Source of the DNA: a virus
IMG/VR virus record: IMGVR_UViG_3300009509_000016
DNA: 64,000 nucleotides
Reading direction: 5' to 3' (one strand)
Shown here: one piece after another, positions 46,672-56,862 of the stretch
How the letters are laid out: every line of letters begins with the position of its first letter
Position numbering within the stretch: position 1 is the first letter of the stretch
Position numbers and translations under genes: made by a program
Notes under the pieces: model-generated
The model's input: the letters and a program-made list of their open reading frames with translations, nothing else
The model's database searches: none
What the model was told of the DNA's origin: nothing

Positions 46672-47271
46672 TTAGTCTAATCTCCTTAACTCCAAGAATG
46701 CTTTAAATATTTTCCAAGCTTCTTCTCCACCTTGTTCTTTACCACATTCAATATCCCAATGATAATTTCCAGGTGTTACGATTGTTATAGGTAGAAAACC
46801 TGATCTTGGTATCCTCTCTTCTGGATCTGCATTTGGAACTTCTTCAACATGCTCTGCTTTAGTTACTATATTATTTTGTTGTACTCTCATTCTGAAATTA
46901 ACTGCTCCACTATCAATACCATATATCACAGACCAGAGAAGTCTATAATTTGCTGGTGGAACCTCTGAAGCTGATAAGCTTAATACAATTGTATATGCAG
47001 AAGCAGTTGATGTGAATGTTTCAATTCTTTCCGTTGTTAAAGTTTTAAAACTTTGGAATGGTAAACCACTGTGAACGGCAACTAAATTATTTAAATCTGT
47101 TTCTCCTGTTCCTGTCAAGGCTTGAGTAAAAGTTATATTAACATTACCCTCATGTGAAGTAGACTCTGTAAGAGGAATACTAATGGATGATCTTATTTCA
47201 TGGTTTAGCCTTGATAAATCAACTATGTTATTTGGAAATGCAGTTACAGGATATATATATGTTTGTGCCAT
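46672..47271 (-). CDS. Fiber/decoration-like paralog (member 3)
   Basis: MAQTYIYPVTAFPNN; tandem with paralogs. Confidence 0.6.
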   Translation of the reverse strand: MAQTYIYPVTAFPNNIVDLSRLNHEIRSSISIPLTESTSHEGNVNITFTQALTGTGETDLNNLVAVHSGLPFQSFKTLTTERIETFTSTASAYTIVLSLSASEVPPANYRLLWSVIYGIDSGAVNFRMRVQQNNIVTKAEHVEEVPNADPEERIPRSGFLPITIVTPGNYHWDIECGKEQGGEEAWKIFKAFLELRRLD

Positions 47272-47996
47272 TAACTAATCCTCCAAACTAATAATCTTGC
47301 ACGTCTTATATAGAATGTATAACTACTATTAGCACTACGGTAATCTATATCTATATTTTTAACTCCAGAAAATGATGTTTTGATTATAAATCCTGTAACT
47401 GGAGTATAACCGTCAGATAAGTCACCTAAACTTGAATCATGTGCTGCTTCAGCTATAGTTTCTGAGTCATTGATTTGGACTCTTCCAAATCCAGGATGTC
47501 CATCTGCCCAAAACTCAAAATACCATTGGATATAGTATGTTCCTTCTGGTAAACTACTAGTAGTTAGTCTCAATTTTTGTTGGTAACTTTCACTTGTTGT
47601 TGATGAATCACTTTCAGATGTATTTTGCTGGAACTCAGAGCCAAAAATTCCACTTCCACCACTTACACCTGCTATTTGTGTATCTGTATATGCCATTGAT
47701 TGTGCTAATGTAGCACCACTTGCATTCTGAACCCATGTGATAAAATCTTCCAGAGTGCTAGGACAGGGGGTTCCAGAATGTGCAGCAACGATATTATCTA
47801 ATGCTGTCTGTTCGGCACCTGACAATGCAGAGTCAAAAACTATAGAAACATTATCTTCACTTGCAGAAAGACCAATAGATATATGAGTTAGACCAGTAGT
47901 TATTCCACTTCCTGCTGATGTTACTTCATCTGTCAAAGTCTTTAAGCATATATCGTTTCCGAAATCAGCAGATAATGAATATGTATATGTTGCCAT
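47271..47996 (-). CDS. Fiber/decoration-like paralog (member 2)
   Basis: C-terminus ...TTSSLPEGTYYIQWYFEFW...IRRARLLVWRIS parallels 47996 gene. Confidence 0.6.
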   Translation of the reverse strand: MATYTYSLSADFGNDICLKTLTDEVTSAGSGITTGLTHISIGLSASEDNVSIVFDSALSGAEQTALDNIVAAHSGTPCPSTLEDFITWVQNASGATLAQSMAYTDTQIAGVSGGSGIFGSEFQQNTSESDSSTTSESYQQKLRLTTSSLPEGTYYIQWYFEFWADGHPGFGRVQINDSETIAEAAHDSSLGDLSDGYTPVTGFIIKTSFSGVKNIDIDYRSANSSYTFYIRRARLLVWRIS

Positions 47997-48736
47997 TAAC
48001 TAACCCTCCAAAGAGCTATTCTTGCTCTACGAATTAACATAGTATCTCCACCACTATTAGCCCTAAAATCAATATCTATTGTATTAACACCTGAAAGAGA
48101 TTGTAATGCAAATCCAGTAATAAGTATATAATCAACTTGACTTGAATCATATCTATCTTCATTCAAATCAGTTGTGTCATTAAGTTGTGCTCTTGACCAT
48201 CCATGATTGTTATCACCATTAAATTCCCAACTGTATTGAATCATGTAGGTTCCTGCTGGAAGACTGGTGGTGGTAAGCCTTAATTTTTGTTGATATGTAG
48301 CACTGGTTGTTGATGAAACTCCCTCAGAAGTAGCTTGCTGATATTGAGTTCCAAAAACACTGGCAGCAGGTTCTTCAAATGTTGGTGCTGCTGATGCTCC
48401 TTGAGATTTCAGAAATGTTCCATCAGCACCAAGTGCTAATTCCTGAACATGACCGGAACCATCTGAATAGAAAACCTTATAGTTTCCTGCTTCATGGTCA
48501 AGAACATTTGTCATTTCATGTAGTCTGTTATGTTCTGGGACACCACCTAATAATTGCCATGTAATTGGTGAGTGGTCAACTAACACCCATATAGAATGGT
48601 CATTTTCTTGTACTGCAATCTTATGCACATCATCAGCAGTAAAGCCAGTTGCAGCTAATCTTTCAGCAGATGTAGCATAAGTCCAAGTATTTATAACATG
48701 TATATCATCCCCTGTTAATGCACAGTGAAAAGCCAT
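47996..48736 (-). CDS. Fiber/decoration-like paralog (member 1)
   Basis: C-terminus ...TTTSLPAGTYMIQYSWEF...IRRARIALWRVS. Confidence 0.6.
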   Translation of the reverse strand: MAFHCALTGDDIHVINTWTYATSAERLAATGFTADDVHKIAVQENDHSIWVLVDHSPITWQLLGGVPEHNRLHEMTNVLDHEAGNYKVFYSDGSGHVQELALGADGTFLKSQGASAAPTFEEPAASVFGTQYQQATSEGVSSTTSATYQQKLRLTTTSLPAGTYMIQYSWEFNGDNNHGWSRAQLNDTTDLNEDRYDSSQVDYILITGFALQSLSGVNTIDIDFRANSGGDTMLIRRARIALWRVS

Positions 48737-48748
48737 AATTTACCTCTC

Positions 48749-49234
48749 TTAACAACCACCTTTCAGGATTAGATTTCCTGATTGTGTGGCAATAATTTCT
48801 ACTGTCCTATCTGGACAAATTTCATTCCCTCTATAACATCCACCTGTCAGCAATATATTATCTGGATTGCTTGCCCCCAAAGCAACACTTTCCACATAAT
48901 ATCTTGTGGTCAAATGATTATCTAAAGTTGGGGCTACACCTGATACCGGAGCAGTAAATGCCAGTCTAGCATCAGTTGGCATATATATTTCCTGAATAGG
49001 ACGTAAACTTGCTGTTGCTGGTTTGGGAACTATAACAGTGGCACCTGTATAGTATTGAACTGTAATATCTCCATTGTCTACTTGCTGTAGAAACTCTTGG
49101 CTATATTGACAGTAGAGAAGATAGTCGTGTATGGAAAGTGCTGCACTTAGACCAGGACTTATAGTTTGAAAGTTCGGTAAAGTAATTAAAGCACCTGTAT
49201 TATTTGTCAAAATATAATGTGTTGCAATTGACAT
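48749..49234 (-). CDS. Hypothetical structural protein (161 aa)
   Basis: Coupled ORF. Confidence 0.55.
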   Translation of the reverse strand: MSIATHYILTNNTGALITLPNFQTISPGLSAALSIHDYLLYCQYSQEFLQQVDNGDITVQYYTGATVIVPKPATASLRPIQEIYMPTDARLAFTAPVSGVAPTLDNHLTTRYYVESVALGASNPDNILLTGGCYRGNEICPDRTVEIIATQSGNLILKGGC

Positions 49235-49935
49235 TATAACAAATCTACCCTCTCAAGAATCATTCCAGCAAGAACTATATAGGCATCTATGTTACTTACT
49301 TTTGCCTGTATAGTTACTTTATCACCTGCATAGAGGTTTACCAATATTGGTGGGAAGGACGTAGTTATAGATGTATTTGCATACCTAGTCCATCCGGTTA
49401 CCTCAGTATGTTCAGCAGGTACACCATTTAGATTTGCCCTTACCCAATATTGTATAGTTGTTGTTGGGTAATTAGCATAATTCCATGTCACGAAAAAGTT
49501 GAATTTATAAACTCCATCCTCACCAACTGTTGCTCCTGCACTTGATGGTACTGTTGTTATTTCCAGGTTTCTTGGTGTTGGTCTTCTAGGACCACTATCT
49601 TTGAAAACAACATTCTCATACACACCAGCAGCAGAAAGGGATAAAGATGTAAGCCTAGCTAATTCTATATAAGCTGGAATATTTAATTCCTCAAATTCCA
49701 GTATATAGTTTACTGCTTCAACTAAAGGCAAATCTCTCAAACCATCATTGATTACAATATTTCCAGCAGAGACATGTTGAGTTAAAAAGTCTGAAGAAGC
49801 TATTTCAAAAAGTTCAAAATAGTCTGTTAAAACTCTTGTGGAGTCTGGGGTTCCACTTGGTGAGAATGAGAACCCCATATCCTCTATATTAATTGTCCCT
49901 GCTGTTACATTTTTTGCAATTATGGTTATTGACAC
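49234..49935 (-). CDS. Structural paralog B (233 aa)
   Basis: N-terminal region ...SAGNIVINDGLRDL shared with 49939 gene. Confidence 0.55.
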   Translation of the reverse strand: MSITIIAKNVTAGTINIEDMGFSFSPSGTPDSTRVLTDYFELFEIASSDFLTQHVSAGNIVINDGLRDLPLVEAVNYILEFEELNIPAYIELARLTSLSLSAAGVYENVVFKDSGPRRPTPRNLEITTVPSSAGATVGEDGVYKFNFFVTWNYANYPTTTIQYWVRANLNGVPAEHTEVTGWTRYANTSITTSFPPILVNLYAGDKVTIQAKVSNIDAYIVLAGMILERVDLL

Positions 49936-49938
49936 TTA

Positions 49939-51411
49939 TTATGCCCTCCAAGCAATCTCCACCATAAACATTGGGTCTGCACATGGTCCATTATCTACAT
50001 ATGACTGTAGAAAATCACCAGCAGTCAAGTCAACATCAATTGTGGTATCATGTGCTCCTTGAGCAGCAGCAACAGTAAGGTCAGCTATGTTTGCAACAGC
50101 ATCATTTTTTCTTACATGAAGTTGTGCTGATGCAACTGCACTAAACTCTCCTGCCAAGCTCACAATAGTTGCATTTCGTGCCATTCTAAGACCACTTTGA
50201 CTTGATGCAACAGTGCCAGAATAATGGTTCAAGTACTGGTTATTTGAATTACCTCTTCTACCAAAGGCAACCATTATTCTCTGTACACTGAGCCATTTTG
50301 ATCTGGTAGCATCATATGCATAAAGCAATCCATTGATTACTGCTAGTTGACCTGCACCTAGTCCTGATAACGGAGCAGTGCCTAGATCAGAAAGTTCTAA
50401 TGGGGCATATCCACCATCAGCAGCACTAAGCTGTACTGATCCTGAATCAACATATACGGTACGTCCACCACCTGGAGTTGGATAATCATAAGCATCATCT
50501 AATCCACCAGCAGCACCAGAAACGGTAGCAAGATTTGCTATATGGTCTTCAATATTACTGAAGACTGCTTCTGCATCATCCGGTGCTCCTAGGTATGGGT
50601 ATGTACCCTCTACATCAATTTCTGATGCATCATGCTTATTTGGCCCACCATCTAAGTGGGCATTCCAAGCTGTTGCAGATGTTTCAAGAGATGTAATTCT
50701 TGCATCAAATCCTGCCCAATCAACATCAGCTATTTTTACCCATGTATCTGTTGGTGTGTAAACATATATGGCTTGCTTACCATCACCATCATCTTGGATC
50801 ATAACTGCATCATTTGCTGTTGGGGTTAAACTGAAAGTCCATACTCCAGCAACATTCTGATAGACTGGTTCTCCAGCAGCACTAAGATTGATTACTCTTA
50901 GATCTACTAAACCAGCAGTTACAACCGGAGTCCACATACCACTTATATATTTGTAGATATATGTATCATCTGTATCTACATAGAAGTCACCTTCATTAGC
51001 AGTGGGTGGAGTTGAATACAATCCAAGAACTCTTGCATATACAGGCTCTAGCCAATGGAGATTAGCAAAGTCTGGAGCATTTGCAATGTTAGTCCAATCA
51101 ATTGTAGATTGTCCTGGTGTTTGAAGTTGTGTTTTTGTATAATGGTTAGCTCTTACATCCTCTATATGTTCAAAGGTAAGATACCATACACCGTCAGCAG
51201 CACTTAGATCGTTACTTCCATCATTGATAACAATGTTGCCAGCAGAAGCAACAGCAGATCTAAGATCATCACTATCTGCAATCTCTTCGTAAGTGAAGAA
51301 ATCTGAGAATGTGATTGATGCACTGGCAGGTACGGATATACCTAGATCATCAAAGAATATTGCTGAACCACCATTATTCTTTACGATTACTGTCCACATT
51401 GGTACTGCCAT
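49939..51411 (-). CDS. Structural paralog A (490 aa, fiber-like)
   Basis: N-terminal ...SAGNIVINDGSNDL; long Ala/Gly/Thr-rich beta protein. Confidence 0.6.
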   Translation of the reverse strand: MAVPMWTVIVKNNGGSAIFFDDLGISVPASASITFSDFFTYEEIADSDDLRSAVASAGNIVINDGSNDLSAADGVWYLTFEHIEDVRANHYTKTQLQTPGQSTIDWTNIANAPDFANLHWLEPVYARVLGLYSTPPTANEGDFYVDTDDTYIYKYISGMWTPVVTAGLVDLRVINLSAAGEPVYQNVAGVWTFSLTPTANDAVMIQDDGDGKQAIYVYTPTDTWVKIADVDWAGFDARITSLETSATAWNAHLDGGPNKHDASEIDVEGTYPYLGAPDDAEAVFSNIEDHIANLATVSGAAGGLDDAYDYPTPGGGRTVYVDSGSVQLSAADGGYAPLELSDLGTAPLSGLGAGQLAVINGLLYAYDATRSKWLSVQRIMVAFGRRGNSNNQYLNHYSGTVASSQSGLRMARNATIVSLAGEFSAVASAQLHVRKNDAVANIADLTVAAAQGAHDTTIDVDLTAGDFLQSYVDNGPCADPMFMVEIAWRA

Positions 51412-51435
51412 ATTCCTCTTTTCCTCCTGTTTTTC

Positions 51436-51888
51436 TTATATTCTTGCAGCTACTTCTATATTAACAACCGGATAGTCTACATTTCCACTTGTGACTTCCA
51501 GAAAGCATTGAATATAGTCTCCTGCATCTAAATCTATATTTAGTGAATTTATACTCCCTATTGTTTGATTATTAAATGTCAAAGAAGTAATATCTGTGGG
51601 AGAACCATTTTTTCTAATGTGGAAAATACAATCAGATATATTTTCAGTCTTTGCAGAAAGTGCTGTTATTACCGAATCCCTTGACATTAAATAACCATTT
51701 ATATTAGAAGGTATTTTACCTTCAATTCTTAACCATATATCAGCTACGATGTTTCTATGGTCATGTGTAAAGGAGAAGACTTCTCTAAAAACACTTATCC
51801 ATTTTCCTCTTGCTATATCATAATAAAAGAGCACACCATTTACTTGCTTGAGAACACCATCCTTACCTACTATAGTATCTCTTAACAT
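51436..51888 (-). CDS. Hypothetical protein (150 aa)
   Basis: Coupled ORF. Confidence 0.55.
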   Translation of the reverse strand: MLRDTIVGKDGVLKQVNGVLFYYDIARGKWISVFREVFSFTHDHRNIVADIWLRIEGKIPSNINGYLMSRDSVITALSAKTENISDCIFHIRKNGSPTDITSLTFNNQTIGSINSLNIDLDAGDYIQCFLEVTSGNVDYPVVNIEVAARI

Positions 51889-51903
51889 ATTTCTCTCCTA
51901 TAT

Positions 51904-52659
51904 TTAGATCTTGTAGCCAGTAGATTTGATCATTGCTTTTAATTCGGCTTTGATCTTTTTTGCTTTATCTCCCCTCCAACTTGAAGCATTGCTAAGGAAA
52001 TATAATACAACTGATTTTGCTGAATCCATGTAATACATATCAGTTATCTTGTCTAATGAATACATTGCTTCAAGATAAGGCTTTGCAGCAAAATTAACAT
52101 TTTTCCAATCCATTTTAATTTCTTTTGCAATTTGCCATAATGGTCTATGTGCTTCTGATAAAGACTCTGCCATTTTGCTTTTCTTTTTCTTTATGATTTC
52201 CCTTTTTACTTTTTCAGGAAGCTTGTCTGCTTGAGCCTTTGTGAGATATCTTCTTTCATCATCTCCCATTCCATGTGCCTTGCCACAAGTCTCATCAATA
52301 TCATCTGATTCTTTCATGAAATCATATTCCTGATTCTTGTAGTCAACTTCAAATTGCATTGCATATCTCATGGCAAGCTTTTCTCTGTCTTTAGTTGGAA
52401 ACATAGTTGCTGGCTTGTCTCCTGGACTACCAAACTCTTTCACGTATTTCTTAGCACCTGCATCTAACAAATACATGAATAGCTTTGCAGCAAGCTTTCT
52501 ATCGTATATTCCCTTCTTCATCTTCTTTGTGAGATTCTTAAGTTGAGGAATAAACATCTGTTTGTATAGCTGATAGTCATTATCAATATATAATTCTAAT
52601 TCTCTCATTTCCGGTGTTAGCTCACCTTCATTAAGGCTTACAAACTCTCTAAATTTCAT
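51904..52659 (-). CDS. Hypothetical protein with CTS-like N-terminus (MKFREFVSLNE)
   Basis: 251 aa. Confidence 0.6.
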   Translation of the reverse strand: MKFREFVSLNEGELTPEMRELELYIDNDYQLYKQMFIPQLKNLTKKMKKGIYDRKLAAKLFMYLLDAGAKKYVKEFGSPGDKPATMFPTKDREKLAMRYAMQFEVDYKNQEYDFMKESDDIDETCGKAHGMGDDERRYLTKAQADKLPEKVKREIIKKKKSKMAESLSEAHRPLWQIAKEIKMDWKNVNFAAKPYLEAMYSLDKITDMYYMDSAKSVVLYFLSNASSWRGDKAKKIKAELKAMIKSTGYKI

Positions 52660-52671
52660 CTGTCTTCTCCT

Positions 52672-53391
52672 TTAATCTTCTACAGTATCGTAATCTATTC
52701 CTATGGTATCTAGAAATGTTTCAAATGCCCAAACATCCTTTTCTTTATCACCAAAGTTTACTACCCATGTTTGCCCTGCTTTAATTGTTTTAGGTAGTTT
52801 CTTTTTGCTTGTTGATTCATATTCTTTTTGTACTTCTCTTATATTAACTGGTTTTCCAGTGGCATTGTCTTTTTTAAGAACTACTAGGATATCTATTTTC
52901 ATAGCTTCCAAAATACGTTTTGCTGGTTTTCCCTCATTCAGCATAACCTCTTTAAACTTGGAAATGCTTTCTTTTATACCTCTTTCTTTCATTACCCTTT
53001 CCAGATTAGCCAATATAAGTTCTTGTCTTTCTTTATTCACATCAGATATTTTAGGTCTTTGTAAAACACGTTTTGTTCTTTCGTATGCTTGCTTAATAAA
53101 TTCATCTGAGTCTTCTGCATAATCAAGATATACATAACCAACATTGGATGGATGTACTCCATGTTGTTTTGCTAATTGCTGTGCTTTACCTCTATTTTGT
53201 GCAGATCTAATCTTCATATAAAATCCACTTGATTCAACTCCCTCTGATATAGGAACACATATCTTTTTCTCCTTGTTCCATTTATATCCTTCAGGACAAC
53301 CTGCACCAACAACATCAACTGTACCTTGTGCAAGTGGTTGAGCTATATTAGCAGTTGTTGTAGTTTCCTCTAACCATTTTTCAAATTTCAT
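52672..53391 (-). CDS. Hypothetical protein with CTS-like N-terminus (MKFEKWLEE)
   Basis: 239 aa. Confidence 0.6.
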   Translation of the reverse strand: MKFEKWLEETTTTANIAQPLAQGTVDVVGAGCPEGYKWNKEKKICVPISEGVESSGFYMKIRSAQNRGKAQQLAKQHGVHPSNVGYVYLDYAEDSDEFIKQAYERTKRVLQRPKISDVNKERQELILANLERVMKERGIKESISKFKEVMLNEGKPAKRILEAMKIDILVVLKKDNATGKPVNIREVQKEYESTSKKKLPKTIKAGQTWVVNFGDKEKDVWAFETFLDTIGIDYDTVED

Positions 53392-53926
53392 ATTTCTTCT
53401 CCCCTTCCTTTTGATAAGAAGATCTGCTATATTGTCTGTCTATCTTAATTAATATATCTTCCTTAACAACACCTTCTCCACCTTCTTCCTTTTCAATATC
53501 TTCAATGCCATGCATTGTTGCTTCAGGATCTTTATCTCTTTCTATATTAATTTTTGCCATTGGTTTAGTAGGATCTTCTCTCTTACGAGAATACCTAAAA
53601 ATTCTTTTTCCGAAATGTGATTTTAAAACTTTATCATCTTCAAGAGATGGATGATAGTTTCCTATAAACTCCATCCCCTTAGCTCTTTCAAACTCATCCC
53701 ATTGCCACTCATCTTTAGGAAAGAAATTTCTATATGCACCACCAGGAGCATTAATTGTTTGTTTTGTATATGGTCTGCCAATTAATATATTACCAGTAGG
53801 ATGATCATCATCACTAGCAGTGGCACCATATTCTATTCCCTTGTTTATAAAAATACCTGTATCTGGAAGACCTCCGGTAATAGTTGCTTCATTAAGAAAT
53901 CTTTCTAGTTTTCTTAAAATGTTCAT
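53381..53926 (-). CDS. Hypothetical protein (181 aa)
   Basis: N-terminus MNILRKLERFLNEA (second N-terminal motif class). Confidence 0.55.
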   Translation of the reverse strand: MNILRKLERFLNEATITGGLPDTGIFINKGIEYGATASDDDHPTGNILIGRPYTKQTINAPGGAYRNFFPKDEWQWDEFERAKGMEFIGNYHPSLEDDKVLKSHFGKRIFRYSRKREDPTKPMAKINIERDKDPEATMHGIEDIEKEEGGEGVVKEDILIKIDRQYSRSSYQKEGEKKYEI

Positions 53927-54633
53927 AGTGTTTTAAGTCTCCCGAAACTTTTCTCTCCCCATGGCTCTTTTTCAGCAATATCATCCCAACTTTTTTGCAC
54001 TTCATTATCAGCTTCTCTTTTATCTTTTGCCCAAAACATCTCTCTGCTTGTATTAATATAATCTGCATATGGATCTACATAGAACCAAAATCTTTTGGCA
54101 AACTTTTTATCAACCTGATTTTTTAGGGAGAGGATTAGTCTGGGATGCATTTTTGAGTGTGTCTTTTTAAGAAGATCATTAAGAGTTTTTACATTAAGCC
54201 TTTTCCATTTGGCATCATGATCAGCTTCTAAAAAGAAGATATCAATATTTGATAGATCTACTTTTGCTGGAGCATCTGTAGCTTCCCATGCAAATTCGAC
54301 TTTATCTTTTTTAACATCTGGTCCTGGTAATTGTGGTGCAGGAACACCCATCCCTGTTCGTTCTTGTCTATCAATACATGCATTACACTTAGGACACCAT
54401 ACTTGGTTCCTAGGGCAAATTTTCTGCTCAATAGATTTGCCCACAGTACCAACAACAACAGCTTCTAGAATATTATCAATTTTTTCTAGAATGCTTTCAC
54501 TGCCAGAATAATGCCTATACATACCAAGGCATTTTCCAACAGCTTGTTCTTGTGTTGCTCCTTCATCCTTTACCATTGGAACACATCTACTCATATAATC
54601 ACTTTGGCTTTCTCCAGGTTTTACTTTAGGCAT
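53923..54633 (-). CDS. Hypothetical protein with zinc-ribbon (236 aa)
   Basis: CPRNQVWCPKCNAC; internal SILEKIDNILEA motif. Confidence 0.55.
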   Translation of the reverse strand: MPKVKPGESQSDYMSRCVPMVKDEGATQEQAVGKCLGMYRHYSGSESILEKIDNILEAVVVGTVGKSIEQKICPRNQVWCPKCNACIDRQERTGMGVPAPQLPGPDVKKDKVEFAWEATDAPAKVDLSNIDIFFLEADHDAKWKRLNVKTLNDLLKKTHSKMHPRLILSLKNQVDKKFAKRFWFYVDPYADYINTSREMFWAKDKREADNEVQKSWDDIAEKEPWGEKSFGRLKTL

Positions 54634-54642
54634 ACGAACTCC

Positions 54643-54927
54643 TTAAGGCTTAGGTATAGGATTTTTCAAGCCCTTAAAATGCAATACTAATTCTAAAACA
54701 ATCCATAGTACAATGGGAATTGCTGCTCCAGCCATTCCCCAAATTCCAGCTTTAACTTTCAGTATAGCCAAATCAATTCTAATTTTTTCAAAGCTTCTCT
54801 TTACACAATCCCTGAACTCTGCCATGTCTTTTCTATCTTTATCCCTGCATTGGTTTAGTCGTTCAAGTTCATGGAGCACCAATTTACTGTACTCATTCCA
54901 TCCATTTTCCATGTTTTTAAAATTCAC
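54643..54927 (-). CDS. Small protein with C-terminal TM
   Basis: AGIWGMAGAAIPIVLWIVLELVL. Confidence 0.5.
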   Translation of the reverse strand: MNFKNMENGWNEYSKLVLHELERLNQCRDKDRKDMAEFRDCVKRSFEKIRIDLAILKVKAGIWGMAGAAIPIVLWIVLELVLHFKGLKNPIPKP

Positions 54928-55174
54928 TCCTGTTTTTCAATTTGAAATCCGGTGGTGTTCCTTTTGGTTCTCCAGATGGTAAATCTTTAAGTATCTGTTT
55001 CATTCTGTGAATATTCTCTGAGTCACCATTAGGCATGACACAACTATCAGGATCATCCTCTATTTCTACATTCATTTCCAATGGCAGAGGACACGAATTT
55101 TCTTCATCACATATAGGAATAACAAACTCTTCTTCTTCAAAAAATACAATCCTGAGCATTTCAATTATACTCAT
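54917..55174 (-). CDS. Small acidic protein (85 aa)
   Basis: First gene of minus-strand block. Confidence 0.45.
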   Translation of the reverse strand: MSIIEMLRIVFFEEEEFVIPICDEENSCPLPLEMNVEIEDDPDSCVMPNGDSENIHRMKQILKDLPSGEPKGTPPDFKLKNRSEF

Positions 55175-55312
55175 TTAATACCTCCCATCACTCTTTGAAC
55201 AAAGTTATCCCATAGATCAGTTCATTAATATTTATAAAATTGCTTCTGTTAAATATAAATATCATATAGGAAATATAATAAATACTAGTGAATAAATAAC
55301 TGAAAAATGTAT

Positions 55313-55422
55313 AGGTGGTCTTCCTCACCTTTAACAAATAAGAACCATGAGTCGTTTCCTTTGTGTGTGGAAACATTGACACCATTTATAAATATACAAG
55401 AGAGGGTTAGAGAAGACCACCT
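55313..55422. promoter_or_regulatory. Divergent intergenic control region bounded by an 11-bp inverted repeat
   Basis: aggtggtcttc (55313-55323) and gaagaccacct (55412-55422) flank about 88 bp containing TTGACA (55372-55377). Confidence 0.3.
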
Positions 55423-55455
55423 TCATTTAATTTCAGAAATATAGGAGGAACTGGA

Positions 55456-56658
55456 ATGTCTGTAATTAACAAAATTGATTTTCTTCTTGGTGATGGATTT
55501 CTCAGGGAAGCAACTGAATTTCAAAAATTCTTTAAGAAGAAACTAAAGCAGTATGGTGCAAATTCACCTGCTGATCTACCAAACGATAAGAAGAAAAAAT
55601 TCTTCGATGAGGTAGATAGAGAATGGAAAGGCAAGAATGAAAGTCTTTCAGAAGCAACCTTACAATCCATCATGATGCAGTTTGGTCCTTATGCTGCTGC
55701 AAAGAAAATGGGTATCTTGAATCCTAAGCAGTCTGGTCCTGATACAGGTGTTGTTAAAGCATATCCTGGATCTGGAAAAGAGCATTTTCACCCAGACAAA
55801 CAAGATACAAAAATTCCTACCAAAGACAAGGGTACTGTAAAAAGCTATCCTGGATCTGGCAAGGAACATTACCATCCCGACACCCAAGACACAAAAATCC
55901 CTACCAAAGACTCCGGTGTTGTAAAATCCTTTCCTGGTGGTGGAAAAGAACATTTCCATCCTGATAAGCAAGATGAAAAAATTCCCACAAAAGACAAGGG
56001 AGTTTTGAAATCTTATCCTGGCTCTGGTAAGGAACATTTCCATCCTGACAAACAAGATGATAAGATCCCTACTAAGGATAAAGGCACTGTAAAGTCTTAT
56101 CCTGGATCTGGTAAGGAACATTTTCATCCTGAAACACAGGATACAAAAATTCCTACTGCTGATAAAGGTACTGTTAAGGGATTTCCAGGAGACCATCTGG
56201 TAAGACATAAGGGAAAAGGTCTTATGGGATTCAAACAAATGTCTGAGCAGGAAGATTTAGAGGATATCCAAGATAAGTTCGGGCCAATGAAGTATGCAGA
56301 AGAAAAGGGACTAGTTGACAAGAAAAAGAAAAAGAAAAAGAATGCTGTGGATGATGTTATGAAAGATGAAAATAAAAATATCTTTGAAGCATATCAAAGA
56401 AGCATCCTTGTAACAAATGAAGAATGGCTTGAATATGAAAAAGCCTATGGTGAAGTACTAGACGAAAAGTGGGCAAAGAAAGTTAAGATAGAAAAAACCG
56501 GAGAACATGCTGGAAAATCTGTCGAACAGTTGAAGAAAGAAATTGAAGCACTAAAAGGCAAACCTGGAAACAAAGAGAAGATGGGTGAATTGCTCTTTGC
56601 ATTGAGATCAAAGACAGGATGGAAGAAAGGCAAGGGTGCTGCTGGTCTAGGTGGTTAA
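55456..56658 (+). CDS. Repeat protein (400 aa) with five 28-aa tandem repeats YPGSGKEHFHPDKQDTKIPTKDKGTVKS
   Basis: N-terminus MSVINKIDFLL; His-rich repeats; K-rich C-terminus. Confidence 0.7.
   Translation: MSVINKIDFLLGDGFLREATEFQKFFKKKLKQYGANSPADLPNDKKKKFFDEVDREWKGKNESLSEATLQSIMMQFGPYAAAKKMGILNPKQSGPDTGVVKAYPGSGKEHFHPDKQDTKIPTKDKGTVKSYPGSGKEHYHPDTQDTKIPTKDSGVVKSFPGGGKEHFHPDKQDEKIPTKDKGVLKSYPGSGKEHFHPDKQDDKIPTKDKGTVKSYPGSGKEHFHPETQDTKIPTADKGTVKGFPGDHLVRHKGKGLMGFKQMSEQEDLEDIQDKFGPMKYAEEKGLVDKKKKKKKNAVDDVMKDENKNIFEAYQRSILVTNEEWLEYEKAYGEVLDEKWAKKVKIEKTGEHAGKSVEQLKKEIEALKGKPGNKEKMGELLFALRSKTGWKKGKGAAGLGG
55747..56205 (+). repeat. 84-bp in-frame tandem repeat (5 full copies plus partial)
   Basis: Repeat units start at 55747, 55831, 55915, 55999, 56083, 56167. 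Confidence 0.85.
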
Positions 56659-56676
56659 TCCATAAGGAGGAATCAC

Positions 56677-56862
56677 TTGAACAAACTTGAAATGGTCTGG
56701 AAGGAGATTGAGTATACCGATAGTCTTCTCCTAGAGAAGACTTTTACGGAAGAAGAACTTCTAGATTATCTTTCCGAAAATCCTAAAGAAATCAATAAGT
56801 TAGAAGAAGATAACAGATATTCCGATATGATTGCTAAGTTCAAAGAAGGGGGATTATTGTGA
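56677..56862 (+). CDS. Hypothetical protein (61 aa)
   Basis: ORF. Confidence 0.45.
   Translation: MNKLEMVWKEIEYTDSLLLEKTFTEEELLDYLSENPKEINKLEEDNRYSDMIAKFKEGGLL

Noticed and set aside
55747-56205. Regular 84-bp repeats that could superficially resemble a CRISPR array
   Set aside because: The repeats are contiguous with no unique spacers. They are in-frame inside a long ORF and encode a repeated peptide. No cas genes are nearby.
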